Source: a virus. Taken from it: DNA of 64,000 nucleotides. Numbering within the stretch: position 1 is the first letter of the stretch; each line of letters opens with the position of its first letter. The stretch covers positions 32,001 through 96,000 of the IMG/VR virus record IMGVR_UViG_3300043570_001741. One strand, given 5' to 3'. The notes beneath the pieces are model-generated. The model was not told the origin of the DNA, searched no databases, and was given only the letters and a program-made list of their open reading frames with translations. Positions 9,000 through 20,134 of this stretch are shown here, piece by piece. The position numbers and the translations under genes were made by a program.

Positions 9000-11540
9000 A
9001 TGACTAATCAATATTACACTAACGTTGTCGGTGTTGGCAACAATATTTTCTATCGTGGTGTAAAAGACGGCCGGCGTGTTAAGTATAAAATTGCTTACAC
9101 GCCGACTTTGTTTTTACGCTCTAATAAAACCACTAACTTCAAAACACTTGAAGGTGAATATCTTGAGCCTATGAAGTTCGAAGGTATGCGTGAGGCTCGT
9201 GATTTCGTTAAACGTTATGATGGTGTTCAAGGCTTTGATGTATTTGGTAATGCCAACTTTCAATATGCTTTCATTGCTGACCAACACAAAGGTATGATTG
9301 ATTGGGACATTAACCATGTTTCAATTGCAGTTATCGATATTGAAGTTGGTTCTGAAAATGGTTTCCCTGACCCATATCAAGCAAATGAACCTATCACAGC
9401 TATTTGTGTCAAGTATTTGAATGGTGTTGCAACTGTATTTGGTTGTGGTGAGTTTAGAAATGACCGTGAAGATGTTATCTACACCAAGTGTGATGATGAA
9501 TATGACCTGTGTAAAAAGTTTTTGGCCTTTTGGTCAGAAAATTGTCCAGATGTAATTTCTGGTTGGAATGTTAAGTTCTTTGATATTCCATATCTTGTGA
9601 ATCGTATCACTAAAATTCTCGGTGATGACGATGTTAAGAAACTATCACCATGGAATTATATCAATAGTCGTAAGGCTGTTGTGAACAATCGTGAGCTAAT
9701 TGCATATGAATTCACAGGTGTTTCCACATTAGATTATATTGAATTGTACAGATGGTATGCGCCAGGTGGTAAATCACAAGAGTCATATCGTTTGGATAAT
9801 ATTTCACAAGTTGAATTGGGTGAAGGTAAGATTTCATATGATGAGTTCGATAACTTGCATCAGTTGTATCGTTTAGATTACCAAAAGTTTATTGAGTACA
9901 ACATCAAAGACGTAGAGTTGATTTTCAAACTAGAGAACAAGTTGAAGTTGATTGAGTTGGGCTTGACTCTTGCTTATGATACCAAAACAAACTACGAAGA
10001 TATCTTTGCACAAACTCGTATGTGGGATTCTTTGATTTACAATTACTTGTTGGACAAAAAGATTATTGTTCCTCCTAAAGTTGTAAAGAGTAAGACTGCG
10101 GCCTTTGAAGGTGCCTATGTTAAAGACCCACAAGTCGGTATGCATAACTATGTGGCATCATTTGACTTGAACAGTTTGTATCCTCACCTGATGATGCAAT
10201 ATAACATTTCACCTGAAACATTGGTTGAGCCACATGATTATACTCCTGAGATGAGACAAATCATTTCTTCTGGTGTAAGCGTTGATAAATTGTTGCTTAA
10301 AGAAGTTAATCTATCAAATATGAGTGGTGTAACTATTACTCCAAATGGTCAATTCTTCTCAACAACTAAAAAAGGTTTCTTACCTCAGATGCTAGAAGAA
10401 ATGTATGTGGATCGTTCAAAGTTTAAGAAAATGATGATTCAAGCTAAGAAAGATTATGAAGTTGAGACTGATCCTAATAAAAAGTATGAACTGAAAAACA
10501 AGATTGCTCGTTATGATAACCTGCAATTGGCCAAGAAAGTCTCTCTCAATAGTGCTTACGGTGCTCTAGGTTCCCAGTATTTCAGATTCTATGACCTTAG
10601 AATGGCCTTGGGTGTTACTACTGCTGGTCAATTTTCTATTCGTTGGATCGAAGCTAAAATTAACCAGTACATGAACAAGTTGCTAGATAGTGATAAAGAC
10701 TATGTGATTGCTTCTGATACTGATTCGATTTACCTCCGTCTTGGTGAATTGGTTGAAAAAGTTTATGGTAAGAAAAGTGGTGTGCCTGAACAAAAGATTA
10801 TTGAATTCATGGACAAAGTTTGTGAAGAAAAACTTCAACCACACATAGATAAATCTTATACAGAGTTGGCTGATTATGTTCATGCCTATGCTCAGAAGAT
10901 GCAGATGAAACGTGAAGGTTTGGCTAACAAAGGTATTTGGACTGCCAAGAAACGTTACATTCTAAATGTGTTTAATAATGAAGGTGTGCAGTACAAAGAA
11001 CCTAAGATGAAAGTCATGGGCCTTGAGATGATTAAGTCATCTACACCTGCTGCCATCCGTGAGAAGATGAGAAAATCAATTGACATTATGATTAACGGCA
11101 CCGAATCCGATATTCATAAATTCATTGAAGATTTCAGAAATGAATTTAAGCAGTTGCCGGCTGAAGATATTTCTTTCCCCCGTGGTCTGAATGGTCTGAA
11201 AGAATACTCTGACAATGTGACTCTATATAAGAAGGGTACACCAATCCATGTGAAGGGTGCTATTCTTTATAACACCAAACTGAAAGCAATGAAACTTGAT
11301 AAAAAGTATGCATTGATTCAAGAAGGTGAGAAGATTAAATTCACATATTTGAAACAACCAAATCCCATGAAAGATACGGTTATTTCATACCCAAATAGAT
11401 TGCCAGTGGAGTTTGGCTTGCAAGAGTTTATTGATTATGATATGCAATTCAATAAGGCATTCCTTGAACCAATTAAAGTAATTTTAGATTGCATGAATTG
11501 GACAACAGAACAACAGAATTCCTTAGAGAGTTTTTTTTAA
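9000..11540 (+). CDS. 43: Family B DNA polymerase gp43
   Basis: Exo DIEV, SFDLNSLYP, K...NS.YG, DTDS; uninterrupted. Confidence 0.98.
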   Translation: MTNQYYTNVVGVGNNIFYRGVKDGRRVKYKIAYTPTLFLRSNKTTNFKTLEGEYLEPMKFEGMREARDFVKRYDGVQGFDVFGNANFQYAFIADQHKGMIDWDINHVSIAVIDIEVGSENGFPDPYQANEPITAICVKYLNGVATVFGCGEFRNDREDVIYTKCDDEYDLCKKFLAFWSENCPDVISGWNVKFFDIPYLVNRITKILGDDDVKKLSPWNYINSRKAVVNNRELIAYEFTGVSTLDYIELYRWYAPGGKSQESYRLDNISQVELGEGKISYDEFDNLHQLYRLDYQKFIEYNIKDVELIFKLENKLKLIELGLTLAYDTKTNYEDIFAQTRMWDSLIYNYLLDKKIIVPPKVVKSKTAAFEGAYVKDPQVGMHNYVASFDLNSLYPHLMMQYNISPETLVEPHDYTPEMRQIISSGVSVDKLLLKEVNLSNMSGVTITPNGQFFSTTKKGFLPQMLEEMYVDRSKFKKMMIQAKKDYEVETDPNKKYELKNKIARYDNLQLAKKVSLNSAYGALGSQYFRFYDLRMALGVTTAGQFSIRWIEAKINQYMNKLLDSDKDYVIASDTDSIYLRLGELVEKVYGKKSGVPEQKIIEFMDKVCEEKLQPHIDKSYTELADYVHAYAQKMQMKREGLANKGIWTAKKRYILNVFNNEGVQYKEPKMKVMGLEMIKSSTPAAIREKMRKSIDIMINGTESDIHKFIEDFRNEFKQLPAEDISFPRGLNGLKEYSDNVTLYKKGTPIHVKGAILYNTKLKAMKLDKKYALIQEGEKIKFTYLKQPNPMKDTVISYPNRLPVEFGLQEFIDYDMQFNKAFLEPIKVILDCMNWTTEQQNSLESFF

Positions 11541-11552
11541 AAAGAGGTTAAA

Positions 11553-12608
11553 ATGAGTTTACTTGAGAAATTGAAAAAGAATTCGACAATTAAAGATAGT
11601 GCAATTCTATCTAAGTCTAAATTCTTCACAGAAAAAGATATGATTCCGACTGCCGTGCCAATGATTAACGTTGCACTATCTGGTCGGTTAGATGGCGGCA
11701 TTACACCAGGCCTTACAATGTGGGCAGGTCCATCTAAACACTTCAAGACAGCGTTTAGTTTGTTGATGGCTAAATCTTACATGGACAAATATCCAGAAGC
11801 AATTCTATTGTTCTATGATTCAGAGTTTGGTACACCAGTTAAATACTTTGAAACATTTGGTATTGATATGGATCGTGTGTTGCATACACCATTGACCAAT
11901 ATTGAACAGTTGAAGTTTGATATTATGCAACAGTTTGAAAACATTGAACGTGGTGATAAACTTATGGTTATCCTCGATTCAATTGGCAATTTGGCTTCGA
12001 AGAAAGAAGTTGAAGATGCTCTTGAAGGCAAATCAGTTGCAGATATGTCTAGAGCAAAACAAGTTAAGAGTTTGTTCCGTATGGTAACACCACACTTAAC
12101 CATTAAAGATATTCCTATGGTTGTTGTGAATCACACATACAAAGAAATTGGAATGTTCCCTAAAGATATTGTTGGTGGTGGTACAGGTTCATATTACTCA
12201 GCTGACAACATTTATATTCTCGGTCGTCAACAAGACAAAGAAGGTACTGAAATTGTTGGTTATCATTTTATTATCAATGTCGAAAAATCACGTTATGTTA
12301 AAGAAAAATCTAAAATTCCTATCTCTGTATCTTTTGACGGTGGCATCAGCCGTTACTCTGGTCTGCTTGACCTTGCTATTGAATCCGGACATGTGGTTAA
12401 ACCTGCCAATGGTTGGTATGCAAAAGTAGACCAAGCAACTGGTGAAGTTGGTGACAAGAAACGAATTGCTGACACAACGTCAGCTGAATTCATGGAACCA
12501 ATTTTAAAAGATCCGAAATTTAAACAATTCATTAAACACAAATATGAAATCGCTTATGGCAGCATTATGGGAGAAACTCCCGTGGTCGAAGAAACCGAAG
12601 AAAGTTGA
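11553..12608 (+). CDS. uvsX: RecA-like recombinase UvsX
   Basis: GPSKHFKT, YDSEFG, DSIGNLAS, GGG.G..YSAD. Confidence 0.95.
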   Translation: MSLLEKLKKNSTIKDSAILSKSKFFTEKDMIPTAVPMINVALSGRLDGGITPGLTMWAGPSKHFKTAFSLLMAKSYMDKYPEAILLFYDSEFGTPVKYFETFGIDMDRVLHTPLTNIEQLKFDIMQQFENIERGDKLMVILDSIGNLASKKEVEDALEGKSVADMSRAKQVKSLFRMVTPHLTIKDIPMVVVNHTYKEIGMFPKDIVGGGTGSYYSADNIYILGRQQDKEGTEIVGYHFIINVEKSRYVKEKSKIPISVSFDGGISRYSGLLDLAIESGHVVKPANGWYAKVDQATGEVGDKKRIADTTSAEFMEPILKDPKFKQFIKHKYEIAYGSIMGETPVVEETEES

Positions 12609-12894
12609 GTATCGGTTCCAACAAAGTGAGTCTGATGACTCAACTTTGGTAGAAATCACATCGGGTGAATACACCGGTGTGGTTTACTCTTATGGTATGG
12701 TTAAATTGAAGCCCGAATCGGTGATACCGATACTTCAGTTTAACTATAACATTTATCATTCAGGTCAACATGACAAGCAGGCCTTGCAAAATAATGATAA
12801 TTTTGTTACAATCATAGGTGACATACTTACAGAAATTATTATACAAAATGAATCGACTAGAACAAACGATACTGAAGAATCTGATATACAATGA
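12544..12894 (+). CDS. Hypothetical protein at the gp40 position
   Basis: Lies between uvsX and gp41, overlapping both. Confidence 0.55.
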   Translation: MKSLMAALWEKLPWSKKPKKVEYRFQQSESDDSTLVEITSGEYTGVVYSYGMVKLKPESVIPILQFNYNIYHSGQHDKQALQNNDNFVTIIGDILTEIIIQNESTRTNDTEESDIQ

Positions 12895-14248
12895 GGACTT
12901 TACCCGTAAAGTTTTGCCATTCATCAAGTCGGATTACTTTGCCGACAATACAGAGAAGGTAGTATTCAAAGAAATCTTTGAGTTTGTAAACAAATACAAA
13001 AATCTACCGACTCATGAATCTCTCATCATTAATTTCACCGAGAGTAAAAAACTAACTGAACCTGAAGTAAGACAATCAATTGAACTTCTTAAAGAATTAC
13101 ATTCAAGTAAAGAAGAAAAGGTTGAGAGTAAATGGTTAATTGAGCAAACTGAGAAGTTCTGCCAAGATAAAGCCATCTACAATGCCATCATGGAATCAGT
13201 ATCAATCCTTGATGACAAACACGGAGATAAACCTAAGGGTGAGATTCCAAAACTACTGAGTGATGCTCTTGGTGTTTCTTTTGACCAACACATTGGCCAT
13301 GATTACATGGCAGATTATGATTCTCGTTTTGATTTCTATCACAAGGTAGAATCTCGTATCAAGTTTGACCTTGATATCTTCAATAAGATTACAAAAGGCG
13401 GACTGCCGACCAAGACCTTGAACATTGCACTTGCAGGTACTGGTGTTGGTAAATCATTGTTCATGTGTCACGTTGCCGCTGGTTGCTTGAATCAAGGTCA
13501 TAATGTTTTGTACATTACAATGGAAATGGCCGAAGAACGTATTGCAGAACGTATCGATGCTAATTTGCTAAATATTGATTTGAATGAACTTCACACAATC
13601 AGTAAAGAAGACTATGAACGTAAATTCAAGGTGTTACAAAACAAGGCTCATGGTAAATTGATTATCAAAGAATATCCAACTGCTAGTGCTTCATCACTAC
13701 ATTTCAGAGCATTGTTAAGTGAATTGCATCTGAAGAAGAACTTTGTTCCACATATTATCTTTATTGATTATTTGAACATTTGTGCATCTTCACGTATCAA
13801 GGCAGGTGGTTCTGTTAACTCTTATACTTACATCAAGTCTATCGCTGAAGAACTGCGTGGTTTGGCTGTTGAACACAATGTGCCAATTGTTTCTGCAACA
13901 CAAACAACTCGTAGTGGTTTCAGCAATTCGGATCCAGGCCTTGAAGATACTTCAGAATCATTTGGTTTGCCTGCAACTGCCGACTTTATGTTTGCATTGG
14001 TGACTAATGAAGAATTGCAACAATTAAACCAAATCTTGGTGAAACAATTGAAGAATCGATACTCTGACCCTAACAACTTCAAACGATTCGTTGTTGGTGT
14101 TGATAGAGCAAAGATGCGGCTGTATGATGCAGAAGATTCAGCACAGGCAGATATTGTTGATGCAGGTCAAGTTGAAGATAAACCTTTGAATACATTTGGA
14201 AACCGTGAGAAGAAATTCAGTAAGAATTTTGGTGGACTTAAAGTATGA
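12848..14248 (+). CDS. 41: Replicative helicase gp41
   Basis: AGTGVGKS, IFIDYL, SATQTTR, SESFGLPATAD, KQLKNRY. Confidence 0.96.
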   Translation: MNRLEQTILKNLIYNEDFTRKVLPFIKSDYFADNTEKVVFKEIFEFVNKYKNLPTHESLIINFTESKKLTEPEVRQSIELLKELHSSKEEKVESKWLIEQTEKFCQDKAIYNAIMESVSILDDKHGDKPKGEIPKLLSDALGVSFDQHIGHDYMADYDSRFDFYHKVESRIKFDLDIFNKITKGGLPTKTLNIALAGTGVGKSLFMCHVAAGCLNQGHNVLYITMEMAEERIAERIDANLLNIDLNELHTISKEDYERKFKVLQNKAHGKLIIKEYPTASASSLHFRALLSELHLKKNFVPHIIFIDYLNICASSRIKAGGSVNSYTYIKSIAEELRGLAVEHNVPIVSATQTTRSGFSNSDPGLEDTSESFGLPATADFMFALVTNEELQQLNQILVKQLKNRYSDPNNFKRFVVGVDRAKMRLYDAEDSAQADIVDAGQVEDKPLNTFGNREKKFSKNFGGLKV

Positions 14249-15360
14249 CATTAACTAAAGAACAAGCCGTACATTGTGCAAATGTATTCTCCAACTACTT
14301 TGATAAGTTTGGTCGTATTGATGAATACATGAGAGAACAGAAACTAAATTCAATGGCCGAAAGACCATTTACTTTGCCTGGCATGGGACCAGAAGAAGAT
14401 TTGTTTTCTGATTTCACTATGTCACCTGCTGATATGGAATTTGAAATCATGGAGTTACCACAAGATAGGTGGGACATTTATCTCAATATGATTTCAAGTC
14501 ACTCAAACATGACCAGTATTCCTGGTCGGTGTTTAAGATTGGCAATTTGGGAAAAGAAATCACAGAAGTGGGTTGGTTTTATTCGTCTTGGTTCTCCTGT
14601 TATCAATTGTAAACCACGCAACGAAATGCTTGGCCAAGTATTCACGCAACATGAAGGTGGTGCTCAATTGTTCAATCAATGTGCCGCTATGGGTTTTGTG
14701 ATTGTACCTGCACAACCATTTGGTTTCAATTATCTCGGTGGTAAATTACTTGCAGCCATTTGTACAACACATGAAGTACGTAGAATGTTGGATGAAAAGT
14801 ATAAGATGACCACCTGCTTGTTTGAAACAACCAGTTTGTATGGTTCTTCAAAGGCAGTATCACAGTATGATGGTATGAAACCTCTGATTCGTTTCAAAGG
14901 TTTAACTGATAGTGATTTCTTGCCGATGTTACATGGTAAAACTTATAGTGACCTCAAAGAATACATTGAGAATATCATTGGTGAACCACTTGCACCAGAA
15001 GGTGCTTCTTCACGCAAGTTGAAGATTTCTAATGCAATGGTGTCTATGATTAAGATTGGCCTCAAAGGCACACCAGAGGCTACTAAGTTTGCACAGACGA
15101 TTGAGAATGCCAAGAATCTGAATGAACAGAAACGTTACTTCATTTCAGACTATGGTTTTAAGAACATGGTTGATTTTGTAAATGGAAAGACTGACAAGTT
15201 AATTCCAGGTGAGAACTATGAGAAACATAATCTGGCCAATATTACAGAGTGGTGGCGTAAGAAGGCTATCAATCGATTTGAGACCTTGAAGACAGAAGGT
15301 CGTATTCGTACAGAACAAGAAGTCTGGACTGGTGATAAAGTGCTTGACATAATTCGGTAA
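14245..15360 (+). CDS. Conserved T4-like protein, DUF4338/DruA-like
   Basis: PGR, IVP.QPFGFNYLGGKLLA, ETTSLYG..SQYDG. Confidence 0.65.
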   Translation: MTLTKEQAVHCANVFSNYFDKFGRIDEYMREQKLNSMAERPFTLPGMGPEEDLFSDFTMSPADMEFEIMELPQDRWDIYLNMISSHSNMTSIPGRCLRLAIWEKKSQKWVGFIRLGSPVINCKPRNEMLGQVFTQHEGGAQLFNQCAAMGFVIVPAQPFGFNYLGGKLLAAICTTHEVRRMLDEKYKMTTCLFETTSLYGSSKAVSQYDGMKPLIRFKGLTDSDFLPMLHGKTYSDLKEYIENIIGEPLAPEGASSRKLKISNAMVSMIKIGLKGTPEATKFAQTIENAKNLNEQKRYFISDYGFKNMVDFVNGKTDKLIPGENYEKHNLANITEWWRKKAINRFETLKTEGRIRTEQEVWTGDKVLDIIR

Positions 15361-15395
15361 TTCTGGTAGGATAAATACTCCAAAAAGGAGTATTG

Positions 15396-16727
15396 ATGAC
15401 ACCAGCAGATTTAAAGAAAGAAGCCGGCAAAGGTCCATATAAAGGAATTGCACGTAGTCAAATTATTAAATTGAAAATTGCTGACGGAAAAGAGTTTACT
15501 TTAAACAATGGAGCTAAAGTAAAAGGCACCAATTGGGATGAGAAAACCTATACTCTATTTGTCGGCACTCGTAAAATTTCTTTGAAAGAGGTTAAGAAAG
15601 ACCCCGACTTTGGCGGTGGTGGTTCTGGTGCTGGTGCTGATGTTACTGCTATCGTTGAATGTGGTCAAGCATTAGTTTGTTCCTTGATTTATAATGTGAT
15701 AAAAAAAGAAATTAAATGGGAAGATTTGACGTATGATGGCCTACAAAAGGCAATGCAATATTGCGATTTGTCTGAAACCTTTGATACAATCATAGACCGT
15801 TCACCTCCAGAGTGGGTACAATCATATGTAAAATCAGCAAACATATTGTATAGAAATTATAAAATGTCTGGAACACCTGTGTATTTTCATAGAGGTTCTA
15901 AATTTATGAACGAAGTATATTCTGGAAAAAAGATTGTATTTGATGCTGATAAAAAATCAGATAACCCACAAGCACCAGGTTCTTTTTCTGATGACAAATG
16001 GAATCCAGGAGATATTTGGATGACCACTTTAAAAACTGTGCCAAAAATTAGTACCGATTCTTGGGCTTCATTGAACAAAGACATTTATGACTTAGCTAGA
16101 GCCAAAAAATTAGTTGGTGTGTCTTTAAAAAAGGTTGGCGCTTCAGCACACATTGAAGAATATAACGCATTATCGGCTAAACAAACAAAAGAATATCGAT
16201 ATGCCAGTTTCAGAGTAACATCTGCTTCAGAACGTGGCCCATTACCTCCATTCTTCAATTCTATTGACTTGTACATGTCCATTGGCGATAGAGAAGTACA
16301 GTTTCGAGCTACATCTGGTGAAGCCAGCTGGCAAGGAGAAATTAAAGGAGCAACAGCTGCCGGTGGTAAAATTGGTGGTGGTAATGTCAACTTCTATTTG
16401 AAAAAATATGTTGGTAAAGGTTTATTTGATAAGAGTGAAGATGAAGTTTTAAAATTCGTTAAGACAAAAGACTTTTTTCCAGAATTTTATGCACTATATA
16501 AAAAACACTTTGATGGCAAAATATTACCATATGAAGAATTTGTTATGAATGCTAATAATAAACAAAAAGATTCAAAAGGATATCTGTTCTCTAAATATAT
16601 GAACATGAAATTTATTGATATATTCCTAAGTGCAAACACGGCTACTCGTAATAAAATTGCTACCGACTTTGTGAGATATGCTGCTTCGAATACAGACCAA
16701 AGTTCCTTTTTCGTAAAAATATCCTAA
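15396..16727 (+). CDS. Late hypothetical protein, possible PD-(D/E)xK nuclease fold
   Basis: GATAAATA late-promoter-like site at 15370-15377; DKWNPGDIW...GVSLKK. Confidence 0.5.
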   Translation: MTPADLKKEAGKGPYKGIARSQIIKLKIADGKEFTLNNGAKVKGTNWDEKTYTLFVGTRKISLKEVKKDPDFGGGGSGAGADVTAIVECGQALVCSLIYNVIKKEIKWEDLTYDGLQKAMQYCDLSETFDTIIDRSPPEWVQSYVKSANILYRNYKMSGTPVYFHRGSKFMNEVYSGKKIVFDADKKSDNPQAPGSFSDDKWNPGDIWMTTLKTVPKISTDSWASLNKDIYDLARAKKLVGVSLKKVGASAHIEEYNALSAKQTKEYRYASFRVTSASERGPLPPFFNSIDLYMSIGDREVQFRATSGEASWQGEIKGATAAGGKIGGGNVNFYLKKYVGKGLFDKSEDEVLKFVKTKDFFPEFYALYKKHFDGKILPYEEFVMNANNKQKDSKGYLFSKYMNMKFIDIFLSANTATRNKIATDFVRYAASNTDQSSFFVKIS

Positions 16728-16728
16728 A

Positions 16729-17961
16729 ATGAAATTCACACAATTTTTAACCGAATCAAAAAAAGAAGGTGCTAACCTTCACCTAGAACACATTGAAGAT
16801 GAAGTTCTGAATCGTGGTGTATCTGGTGTTAGAGATGCAATCAACTTCTTGCAATCTCTCCGTGACATGCTCGCAGGCCATTCTAATTCTAAAGTGAACC
16901 TAACTACAAAATGGGATGGTGCACCTGCTATTTTCTGTGGTATTAATCCAGACAATGGCAAATTCTTTGTTGGTACTAAAGGTGTATTCAATGCCAATCC
17001 TAAGTTAAACTACACCGATGCAGACATTGATGCAAACCATGCTTCAGAAGGATTAAACTCCAAACTTAAAGTTGCATTACGTTATTTGCCAAAATTAGGC
17101 ATTAAGGGTGTATTACAAGGCGACATGATGTTTGCTAAAGGTGATATACAGAACAAAACAATTGATGGTGAAGACTACATCACATTTCAACCAAATACAA
17201 TTGTCTATGCTGTGCCTGCTGATTCTAAGTTAGCACAAATGATGTTGGCTGCTCAGATGGGTGTGGTGTTTCATACTTCATATACAGGTAAAACATTCTC
17301 TGATATGAAAGCCTCATTCAACATTGATATTAAGAATCTTACAACAACCAAAGATGTTTGGTTCCGTGATGCTTACTTTGTTGATGCTTCAGGCACTGCC
17401 TCATTTACCGAAGAAGAAACAAGAACTGTCACATCTATTCTGTCTCAAGCAGGCAGAACTTTTCAAACAATCAATTCATTAAACTTGAATCGTATTTCAA
17501 CAAGTGATGTTATTCTTACATACATTAAAACATTCAATAACACCAAAGTGCGTGAAGGTCTGAAGATTAAAGACACAAGAGCTCACACACTAGAGTTGAT
17601 TCGTTGGGTTGAGGCTAAATTGAACAAAGACATTATTGATGCCAAGAAGGAAGAAACCAGACAGAAACGTATCAAAGAGAAAACAGAGATTATGCGTTTC
17701 TTCCGTAATGCGTCAACAGACTTGAAAAACATTTTTGATTTGATGAATCAGTTGGTTGATGTTAAGAATATGATTGTTAAGAAGTTGCAACAAATGAAAC
17801 AAGTAACCAATACATTCTTACGTACTGATGATGGTTTCAAAGTTACCAATCCAGAAGGTTTTGTGGCAGTTGATAGGTTAAAAGGTAATGCTGTTAAGTT
17901 GATTGATAGACTGGAATTTGCTCATGCTAACTTTAATGCCGCTAAGAATTGGAGCAAGTAA
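16729..17961 (+). CDS. DUF6267-like protein with ligase-type motifs and capsid-targeting-like N-terminus
   Basis: HLEH.ED, KWDGAP (KxDG), EGFV; N-terminus MKFTQFLTE. Confidence 0.6.
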   Translation: MKFTQFLTESKKEGANLHLEHIEDEVLNRGVSGVRDAINFLQSLRDMLAGHSNSKVNLTTKWDGAPAIFCGINPDNGKFFVGTKGVFNANPKLNYTDADIDANHASEGLNSKLKVALRYLPKLGIKGVLQGDMMFAKGDIQNKTIDGEDYITFQPNTIVYAVPADSKLAQMMLAAQMGVVFHTSYTGKTFSDMKASFNIDIKNLTTTKDVWFRDAYFVDASGTASFTEEETRTVTSILSQAGRTFQTINSLNLNRISTSDVILTYIKTFNNTKVREGLKIKDTRAHTLELIRWVEAKLNKDIIDAKKEETRQKRIKEKTEIMRFFRNASTDLKNIFDLMNQLVDVKNMIVKKLQQMKQVTNTFLRTDDGFKVTNPEGFVAVDRLKGNAVKLIDRLEFAHANFNAAKNWSK

Positions 17962-18239
17962 TGGATAAGAAATTTGATTTAACCGAAATCTTAGCCGAGT
18001 ATGGTGAAGACGACTTTGGATTTACGGCAACTGACGAAGAAGAATACAATGCGGTTATTGCGGAAAAAGATGAAACAGTTGAAGAATACAAAGCAAGATT
18101 AGAAGCAGTTGAAAAGTTGATTCTGCCTTTCTTAACTAGGTTGTTAAAGACTGCTGACCAACCGATTATTAAGTGGCCTAACCGCAAGCCGGCATTAGAG
18201 GCACAAATTCAAAAGATATTAAACCTAACACGAGGTTGA
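17961..18239 (+). CDS. Conserved hypothetical protein
   Basis: DDFGF, P.L..L, I.WPNR. Confidence 0.7.
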   Translation: MDKKFDLTEILAEYGEDDFGFTATDEEEYNAVIAEKDETVEEYKARLEAVEKLILPFLTRLLKTADQPIIKWPNRKPALEAQIQKILNLTRG

Positions 18240-18240
18240 A

Positions 18241-18576
18241 ATGAAATTTACCGAATTCGATGAACTAATGGAAGCAGCCTATGCAGGCAATATCGGTATC
18301 ATGGAACTGATTAAGTTTAAAAGTAATGCTAGTCCAGAACAGAAAAAACAGTTTGATGACCATGTGAAGAACAAGCGCCACAAAGACGCATGGAAGATGG
18401 TCCAAGACGTTACAGGAGTCAAACTACATAAGAGTGTGCATGAAGAAATTAAACCTGATATCCTGCCTAAATCTGGCGCAGGTGCATGGGGAACAGATAC
18501 TCTGGCAAACAACTATAAAAAAGGCACGCCTGGCCAAAACATTACCTCATTTAAAGACTACAAAACAACTAAGTAA
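18241..18576 (+). CDS. Putative internal head protein
   Basis: MKFTEF..LME N-terminus; GT..L...Y...TPGQ motif. Confidence 0.55.
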   Translation: MKFTEFDELMEAAYAGNIGIMELIKFKSNASPEQKKQFDDHVKNKRHKDAWKMVQDVTGVKLHKSVHEEIKPDILPKSGAGAWGTDTLANNYKKGTPGQNITSFKDYKTTK

Positions 18577-18593
18577 ACCAACTGGAGTATATT

Positions 18594-19430
18594 ATGAAAG
18601 ATTTGATAATCGGTGCAAGTACCAACTATGATTGGGACAAATTAAAATATTGGATTAATTCCATTAATAAATCGGGATTTGAAGGTGATAAAGTCCTGAT
18701 TCTAATGAACTGTGATGCAGCCACAGTTAAAAAAGTTAACGCAGCAGGTTTTAAAGTTATTGGATTCAACCAAGATTCCGATGGTAACTTGACCTACAAA
18801 TCAGAAATGCCAATCCACGTTGAGCGATTTGGCCATATCTACGAATATCTCCGCAAAAATGAATATCGTTACGTCATTACGACAGACGTAAAGGATGTTA
18901 TTTTCCAATCCAACCCTATTGACTTCTTAGAAGCAAATTGCCTTAGACATAATCTGGTGTTTTCTTCTGAGAGCATGTTATACAAAGACGAACCTTGGGG
19001 CAACCAAAACCTGTTGGAGACTTTTGGCCCTTATGTACACGGAATTTACAAAGAAAATGAAATCTATAATGTTGGTGTTCTTGCTGGTACTGGCTCTGCG
19101 GTGCGTGATTTGGCAATTAACATCTTCACCATGGCAGCAAACTGTCCGATACCAATTTGCGACCAATCAACATTTAACTTCATGGTCTCTATGAGTCCTT
19201 ATAAAGAAACTTCTCTTTATACTCAATCAGAAACAGGTTGGGCTTGCCAGTTGGGCACAACAGCAGACCCTAGTAAGATTAATCAATTTAAACCACATCT
19301 GTTAGAACCATCTCCTTCTATGTACCGAGGTATTGTGACCACATCAAAAGGAATTCCATACCATATTGTTCATCAATATGATAGAGTGCCTGAAATGCGC
19401 CGGATGATTGAGGAGAAATACGGTGAGTAA
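18594..19430 (+). CDS. Glycosyltransferase-like protein
   Basis: TDVKDVIFQ.NP, N.G, DQ..FN, IVHQYDR. Confidence 0.65.
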   Translation: MKDLIIGASTNYDWDKLKYWINSINKSGFEGDKVLILMNCDAATVKKVNAAGFKVIGFNQDSDGNLTYKSEMPIHVERFGHIYEYLRKNEYRYVITTDVKDVIFQSNPIDFLEANCLRHNLVFSSESMLYKDEPWGNQNLLETFGPYVHGIYKENEIYNVGVLAGTGSAVRDLAINIFTMAANCPIPICDQSTFNFMVSMSPYKETSLYTQSETGWACQLGTTADPSKINQFKPHLLEPSPSMYRGIVTTSKGIPYHIVHQYDRVPEMRRMIEEKYGE

Positions 19431-20133
19431 CGCATTAGTAATGGCAGGTCATGTAAGAACCTTTAAAAGTATCGCAGAAGAACTAACACATTTTATTCGC
19501 TTCAATGAATTGGATGTGTATCTGTATATTTGGGATGAAGGCAACCAAGATGAAATTGATTTTGTTGTTAAGACTTTGAAGCCAATTAAATGGAAGGCAG
19601 AGAAGAATGAAATTTATCTGCCAGAATTCCTTGAGGCTGAACAAAGAATCGTAACAAAAAATCCAAAAGAACTTATTACACCAGATAAAAACTTTGCAAC
19701 ACTATCGATGCACTTTGCACGTAGAAAAGCATTTGAGTTGATTGAAAAAGAATATGATAATGTTGTATTCTCCAGATTTGATACACATATGAATGCCTTC
19801 AGAATCAAAGCAATTGTTTCTGAATTTCCTGATGCAGTTGTTACACCAACCAATGAGCAGTATGGTATGGTGTCTGATATCTTTGCTATTGTTCCATGGA
19901 AATATGCAGACAACTACTTCTTCTACCCACGAGCAGAAGATATCTTGTCACGTAGATTCAATAAGAAAATGAAAGAATGGTTATCAGTTAAATTCTATTG
20001 GGAAAATGCTCAAAGAGATATCCGTTTACATGATGAGAATAGATATTGCCCACACATGTTGTGTATGAGAAACTTTTTTGAAACAAACACACCATATACT
20101 GTTGTTGATTTGCCTGTATTTTTAAGAAGATGA
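19423..20133 (+). CDS. Glycosyltransferase-like protein
   Basis: AGHVRTF, YD.V...RFD, SDIFA; GAGGAG RBS before GTG. Confidence 0.55.
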   Translation: MSNALVMAGHVRTFKSIAEELTHFIRFNELDVYLYIWDEGNQDEIDFVVKTLKPIKWKAEKNEIYLPEFLEAEQRIVTKNPKELITPDKNFATLSMHFARRKAFELIEKEYDNVVFSRFDTHMNAFRIKAIVSEFPDAVVTPTNEQYGMVSDIFAIVPWKYADNYFFYPRAEDILSRRFNKKMKEWLSVKFYWENAQRDIRLHDENRYCPHMLCMRNFFETNTPYTVVDLPVFLRR

Positions 20134-20134
20134 T

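Noticed and set aside
14245-15360. Druantia defence system
   Set aside because: Only a DUF4338-like ORF is present, at a position usual in T4-like phages; the other dru genes are absent.
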